From an uncultured Bacteroidales bacterium (GTDB lineage: Bacteria > Bacteroidota > Bacteroidia > Bacteroidales > FEN-979), in contig CAIWMX010000125.1 of NCBI GenBank assembly GCA_903913885.1, positions 71,461 through 135,460 of the forward strand: a stretch of 64,000 nucleotides of DNA, read 5' to 3'. The translations under genes and the position numbers were made by a program. Below the pieces are notes generated by a model. The model was not told the origin of the DNA and did no database searches. It was given only the letters and a program-made list of their open reading frames with translations. Positions 62,398-64,000 of the stretch are shown piece by piece. Positions within the stretch are counted from its first letter, which is position 1, and every line of letters begins with the position of its first letter.

Positions 62398-63042
62398 TTA
62401 CTCGTTGATGCCAGCTTCAACAGGGAGGTTTTCTTCAGGCTTTGCAACGGGGGCGAAGAGTTTTTTCTGAAAGAGGATCATCATAAAAACCCCGGTGGTG
62501 ATGGCTGAATCGGCAATGTTGAATATCGGGCTGAAAAAGAGCAGTTCACTTCCTCCTACGAAAGGCACCCATGAGGGGTAGTGTGATTCGATGATGGGGA
62601 AATAGAGCATGTCAACGACTTTTCCGTACAGGATCGTTCCGTAACCGCCTCCTTTTGGAAAGAGGGTGGCAACCTGCATATAGGAACTGTCGCTGAAGAT
62701 CAGTCCGTAAAATACACTGTCGAGAATGTTGCCAAGGGCACCGGCAAGGATCAGGGAGATGCTGATGACGAGCAGTATCCCTGCCTTTTTACGGGTGACC
62801 CGGTATAGCCACCATCCGATGATTACAACGGCAATGATGCGGAAGAGGGTGAGCAAGAGTTTTCCGTAATTTCCTCCCAGTTTCATACCAAAAGCCATTC
62901 CTTCATTTTCGGTAAAATGGAGATAGAACCAATGGCCGAGAACTGCATGGCTTTCACCCATGTAGAAGGTGGTCTTGATCCAGAACTTCAGTATCTGGTC
63001 GAGAACCAGCACTGACAGAATAATGAAGGCAGCTTTTTTCAA
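62398..63042 (-). CDS. lspA: lipoprotein signal peptidase II
   Basis: 214 aa. LDQILKFWIKT..., GMAFGM, FNIADSAITTGV motifs of LspA. Conserved position next to dksA-like and ileS. Confidence 0.9.
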   Translation of the reverse strand: MKKAAFIILSVLVLDQILKFWIKTTFYMGESHAVLGHWFYLHFTENEGMAFGMKLGGNYGKLLLTLFRIIAVVIIGWWLYRVTRKKAGILLVISISLILAGALGNILDSVFYGLIFSDSSYMQVATLFPKGGGYGTILYGKVVDMLYFPIIESHYPSWVPFVGGSELLFFSPIFNIADSAITTGVFMMILFQKKLFAPVAKPEENLPVEAGINE

Positions 63043-63066
63043 ACGAAGAATTTAATGCAGAGGGGA

Positions 63067-63510
63067 TTATTCCAGGTCAGGATCAATGGGGCGTGCAGCA
63101 GGAGCGGCTGTGACCTGCACCCGTTTAGCTTCTATGCTTAATGTAGCGTGAGGGACACTGCGCAAACGGTCGGCGGGGATAAGTTTCCCTGTAACACGAC
63201 AAATGCCGTAGGTCTTATTTTCAATCCTGATCAGGGCATTTTCCAGCGATTTGATGAACTTTTCCTGGCGGGCGGCAAATTTGCTGTTTTCCTCCTTCGA
63301 AAACACCTGGTATCCTTCTTCCAGCACTTTGAAGGTAGGCGAAGTATCGTTGGTGTCATGCTCATTCCCGGTAGTATAGGATTCTGTCAGCAACTTCAGG
63401 TCATTGTGTGCTTTAACCAGCTTCTTCAGAATAATCTGTTTGAATTCCTCCAGTTCCTCGTCTGAATAACGGTTCTTTTCTGTCGTTGTGGTTCCTGTTG
63501 CTTTTTTCAT
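63067..63510 (-). CDS. DksA/TraR-family protein
   Basis: 147 aa. Coiled-coil N-terminus and C-terminal YGICRVTGKLIPADRLRSVPHATLSIEAK (Bacteroidota DksA-like form lacking the full C4 finger). Confidence 0.8.
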   Translation of the reverse strand: MKKATGTTTTEKNRYSDEELEEFKQIILKKLVKAHNDLKLLTESYTTGNEHDTNDTSPTFKVLEEGYQVFSKEENSKFAARQEKFIKSLENALIRIENKTYGICRVTGKLIPADRLRSVPHATLSIEAKRVQVTAAPAARPIDPDLE

Positions 63511-63522
63511 AATTCAATGTTA

Positions 63523-64000
63523 TTAAACCTTAGTTATTTCAATAAATGTCGAAATTGCATCCGTCAAGTCTATCAGGACCTTATCGCCCTCCTCAATCAT
63601 ATCAACAATTTCAAACGATTGAGCCAAAGTTTCCGAGCAAATATAGGTAATATTATGATGCACAGCTTCGTCAATGTCGGGCTGTGCCTGGAATTTAACA
63701 ATAATTTTATCTGTTACTTCAAACCCTTTATCCTTGCGGAGATTCTGGATCCGGTTGATCACTTCGCGGGCGATGCCTTCCTGCCAGAGATCAGGGGTAA
63801 TCGTGGTGTCGAGGGCGACAACAAGCGACCCCATGGCAGCGGTTTGCATTCCGGGCAGGTCTTCGGTGCGGATTTCGACTTCACCGATCGTGAGGGTTAC
63901 GGGTGTTCCATCCACCGTCATTTCATGCACACCCGATTTTTCGAACGCATTGATCACTGCCTGGTCCCATTCTTTCATGATTTCGGCCATGGGCTTTACC
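63523..64000 (-). CDS. ileS: isoleucine--tRNA ligase, C-terminal part (5' end outside the window)
   Basis: The frame stays open upstream of the track's M at 63990 through to the window edge. ...TPDLWQEGIAREVINRIQNLRKDKGFEVTDKI... is the typical IleS C-terminal region. ileS-dksA-lspA synteny. Confidence 0.85.
   Translation of the reverse strand, partial: VKPMAEIMKEWDQAVINAFEKSGVHEMTVDGTPVTLTIGEVEIRTEDLPGMQTAAMGSLVVALDTTITPDLWQEGIAREVINRIQNLRKDKGFEVTDKIIVKFQAQPDIDEAVHHNITYICSETLAQSFEIVDMIEEGDKVLIDLTDAISTFIEITKV

Overview
This 64-kb window looks like a chromosomal segment of a Bacteroidota bacterium. Supporting signs are a T9SS-type C-terminal sorting domain on a 2236-aa surface protein, TAnnTTTG -7 promoter boxes, and conserved blocks (ileS-dksA-lspA, coaX-OMP-lptC-ppiD, atpDC, mrdA-rodA, lysA-lysC). 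All family calls come from reading the translated ORFs and the DNA by eye; no database search or computation was run.

Housekeeping blocks alternate with accessory stretches. Four things stand out.

(1) A complete diversity-generating retroelement (DGR) lies at 39.3-42.0 kb. It has an FGE/C-type-lectin-fold target gene, an HRDC accessory ORF, a reverse transcriptase with IGNLTSQ and YMDD motifs, and a 133-bp template repeat. The template repeat differs from the 3' end of the target gene almost only at template adenines.

(2) Directly downstream are a decayed RAYT/IS200-like transposase, 31-bp REP-like palindromes (one set inserted in frame in the DGR target), and a visibly AT-rich 900-aa LRR-Roc-COR-TIR gene. 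That gene is a candidate single-gene immune or NADase sensor.

(3) An apparent operon spans 17.7-25.9 kb. It encodes an HMA-AraC regulator, two Cys-containing 'MAC...' mini-ORFs, a PqqD-like protein, an ATP-grasp ligase, a type III PLP decarboxylase, a urea-transporter-like/M23 peptidase fusion, and outer-membrane/TPR proteins. No pathway is recognisable; it may be a RiPP-like or metallophore pathway.

(4) Short tandem-repeat arrays with 7-, 8-, 16- and 18-bp units are unusually dense and start at or beside stop codons. One 18-bp array occurs at two loci and extends an M16 peptidase by (DPDGVV)n.

There is one tRNA-Phe(GAA). No rRNA, CRISPR array or integrase was seen.
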